DNA from: a virus
Strand: one strand, 5' to 3'
Virus record (IMG/VR): IMGVR_UViG_3300032038_003322
DNA: 16,585 nt
Shown here piece after piece: positions 15,451 to 16,585 of this stretch. Numbering within the stretch: the first letter of the stretch is position 1; each line of letters begins with the position of its first letter. The notes beneath the pieces were generated by a model that searched no databases, was not told where the DNA came from, and saw only the letters and a program-made list of their open reading frames with translations. A program made the translations under genes and the position numbers.

Positions 15451-15651
15451 TTATGAAACTTGGGCGTTACCTGCATCGCCACGCCTGCGAACACGCCCCA
15501 CACACCGGGCATCGTTCGCCGACGCGACGAGCGCCTGCAACAGCTTGTCGTCGAGGATGGCACGCGTCTCACAATCACCGGACGACATACAGAGCCTGTA
15601 GAAGCCCGGCCAATGCTCGATCGGTTCCACCCACGCACGCGTCTCATTCAC
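15451..15651 (-). CDS. Hypothetical protein (66 aa, GTG start)
   Basis: This frame has strong G/C at third codon positions and a protein-like sequence (NETRAWVEPIEHWPGFYRLC..ILDDKLLQALVASANDA). The start overlaps the upstream stop. Confidence 0.4.
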   Translation of the reverse strand: MNETRAWVEPIEHWPGFYRLCMSSGDCETRAILDDKLLQALVASANDARCVGRVRRRGDAGNAQVS

Positions 15652-15943
15652 GGCGCACCTCCGTATCGAACACGTGGATGAACTCGGCGATGGTCGGGCG
15701 GCGACGCGCGCCGAAATCGTCGAAGAACCTGTACGCAACGATGAACACGTCGCTGTCCTCATGCGTCTCGTACAGGGGAATGTAGTCGCTGACTTCCAGC
15801 TGCGCGCGCGGGCGTCGTCCGTGGCCGGTAATGAGCGCGTGCACGATCAGGCACAGTCGCGGCTTCATGTCGCTCGGATGCGCGAACACGGCCACATCGC
15901 CGCCGCGCAGATCGTCGAGTGAACAAATCAGCTTGTATTTCAT
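15644..15943 (-). CDS. Hypothetical protein (99 aa)
   Basis: GAGGAGG RBS. The ATG overlaps the Cro-like stop (ATGA at 15940..15943). High GC3. I recognise no motif. Confidence 0.6.
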   Translation of the reverse strand: MKYKLICSLDDLRGGDVAVFAHPSDMKPRLCLIVHALITGHGRRPRAQLEVSDYIPLYETHEDSDVFIVAYRFFDDFGARRRPTIAEFIHVFDTEVRRE

Positions 15944-16164
15944 CTCGCGGCCTCCTCGTCGCGCCCTAAGAGGTAATCCACGCTCACATCGAAGATGTCG
16001 GCAATGCTGCACACGTCCCTGAGCGTGAAACGATCATTCTTGAACTTCTGAGTGACTGCCGACGGCGTAATGCTCAGCTCTCGCGCAAGATCGGCGCGAT
16101 GGAAGCGGTTACGCCGCATAAGCGAGTCAATCCGCTTTGCTGTAGTCATAGTCTCTGTAGTCAC
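15940..16164 (-). CDS. XRE-family HTH regulator, Cro-like, first gene of the minus-strand operon (74 aa from GTG 16164; 69 aa if ATG 16149)
   Basis: RADLARELSITPSAVTQKFKNDR..TLRDVCSIADIFDVSVDYLLG is a classic HTH_3 fold signature. The GTG lies 7 nt after a -10-like box, suggesting a leaderless transcript. Confidence 0.8.
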   Translation of the reverse strand: MTTETMTTAKRIDSLMRRNRFHRADLARELSITPSAVTQKFKNDRFTLRDVCSIADIFDVSVDYLLGRDEEAAR

Positions 16165-16170
16165 GCTAAA

Positions 16171-16200
16171 ACCATAGCACAGACTGTAGTATGCCTACAA
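16171..16200 (-). promoter_or_regulatory. Candidate leftward (lytic) promoter
   Basis: The minus strand reads TTGTAG (16200..16195), an 18-nt spacer, then TGc-TATGGT (16179..16171). The GTG at 16164 sits at the expected transcription start. Confidence 0.45.
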
Positions 16201-16234
16201 CTACCATACTGACGTGTGATGTGTAGTATGCCTA
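16185..16234 (+). repeat. Two perfect 13-bp direct repeats TGTAGTATGCCTA (16185..16197 and 16222..16234); candidate operators
   Basis: Each copy overlaps the -35/spacer of one of the two divergent promoters. Extra TGTAGT hexamers lie at 16141 and 16156, and an inverted ACTACA at 16260. Confidence 0.6.
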
Positions 16235-16249
16235 AACTTGTGATATAGT
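16221..16249 (+). promoter_or_regulatory. Candidate rightward (lysogenic) promoter
   Basis: GTGTAG (16221..16226), a 17-nt spacer, then TGa-TATAGT (16241..16249). The ATG at 16257 lies 8 nt past the -10 box, suggesting a leaderless transcript. Confidence 0.45.
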
Positions 16250-16256
16250 GTTAAGC

Positions 16257-16502
16257 ATGACTACATACAATGAAAGCATTGAAAACATTGGCCTCACGCT
16301 TCAGCAGATCATTAGCGATAACATGCTTCTCGCTCTCGCTGCGCGACGCCTCAACCGCGCGCAACTCGCTGCGGGTATCGGCGTGTCGGGCGGTCTGATT
16401 TCCCAGAAACTCAATGGCCGGACGAACTGGACTATCGAGGATATGGAAAAAGCGGGTTCGATACCTAGGTATCGAACCCGCTTGGTTCCTGCGCGCCCAT
16501 AA
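16257..16502 (+). CDS. XRE-family HTH regulator, CI-like (81 aa; the track ORF starts at GTG 16248)
   Basis: RLNRAQLAAGIGVSGGLISQKLNGRTNWTIEDMEKA is an HTH_3 signature. The gene is divergent from the Cro-like gene and on the same strand as int across the junction. Its C-terminal tail is encoded by the palindrome and the terminal repeat. Confidence 0.78.
   Translation: MTTYNESIENIGLTLQQIISDNMLLALAARRLNRAQLAAGIGVSGGLISQKLNGRTNWTIEDMEKAGSIPRYRTRLVPARP
16451..16482. repeat. 32-bp perfect palindrome AGCGGGTTCGATACCT/AGGTATCGAACCCGCT
   Basis: The second half is the exact reverse complement of the first, with no spacer. It lies inside the 3' end of the CI-like ORF and spans the inner edge of the terminal repeat. 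Confidence 0.9.
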
Positions 16503-16585
16503 TGTCATGGGTGAGCCGGTGGGGCCTGTGGGGCTTGAACCCACGACCGGCGGATTATTACCATATGTGACTTCGTTATCGTTCT
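16459..16585. repeat. Terminal exact direct repeat, copy 2 (identical to 1..127)
   Basis: Same comparison as copy 1. The CI-like ORF 16257..16502 runs from unique sequence into this repeat. Confidence 0.97.
16518..16558 (-). other. Second copy of the tRNA 3' half fragment, inside terminal repeat copy 2
   Basis: Identical to 60..100 because it lies in the 127-bp repeat. Confidence 0.7.

Larger units (their letters stand above)
1..16585. mobile_element. Complete small temperate siphovirus-type phage genome (16,458 bp unique plus a 127-bp end overlap)
   Basis: The window holds integrase, attP-like tRNA fragment, divergent XRE switch, HNH-terS-terL-portal-protease/capsid-connector-tail-lysis gene order, and identical window ends. 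Confidence 0.85.

Noticed and set aside
15399-15647. 82-aa ORF with an ATGA overlap to the 99-aa gene
   Set aside because: Its sequence is Arg/Ser/Cys-rich with poor third-position GC. The overlapping frame 15451..15651 has much better codon bias and a more protein-like sequence, so I chose that one, with low confidence.
1-16585. CRISPR arrays, rRNA, IS elements, reverse transcriptase/DGR, invertase shufflon, toxin-antitoxin or defence cassettes
   Set aside because: I scanned both strands. I found no spaced repeat arrays, no transposase, RT or invertase-like ORFs, and no accessory gene slot. The int gene abuts the lysis cassette directly.

Overview
This high-GC window reads as one complete, very small temperate siphovirus-type genome (16,458 bp unique). 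The first and last 127 bp are identical. An ORF and a 32-bp palindrome read cleanly into that repeat, so I interpret the window as a circularly closed molecule (excised, episomal or assembly-circularised), not a prophage with host flanks. Layout: an attP-like tRNA 3' half (60..100), then a tyrosine integrase on the + strand, then a strong bidirectional terminator. Almost everything else lies on the minus strand as one tightly packed array of about 15 kb, with many ATGA/GTGA stop-start overlaps, read right to left. In order: a Cro-like XRE regulator; two orphan small proteins; an apparently non-coding GC-rich gap of about 390 bp ending in four head-to-tail DnaA-box-like 9-mers; two excisionase-type HTH proteins; an HNH endonuclease with an extra C-terminal domain; an AT-rich spacer carrying a consensus promoter (likely cos region); terS; terL; an HK97-type portal; a fused prohead protease-major capsid protein; a head-tail connector; a tail-terminator-like protein; the major tail protein; a gp10-like protein; tail chaperone G/GT with a -1 slippery heptamer; the tape measure; two tail-tip proteins; a GH25-CW_7-LysM endolysin; and a holin. 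A second small XRE protein (CI-like) is divergent from the Cro-like gene on the + strand and is co-oriented with int across the junction. I see no recognisable replication, DNA-modification, defence or cargo genes. All functional calls come from motif recognition by eye; no database search was run.
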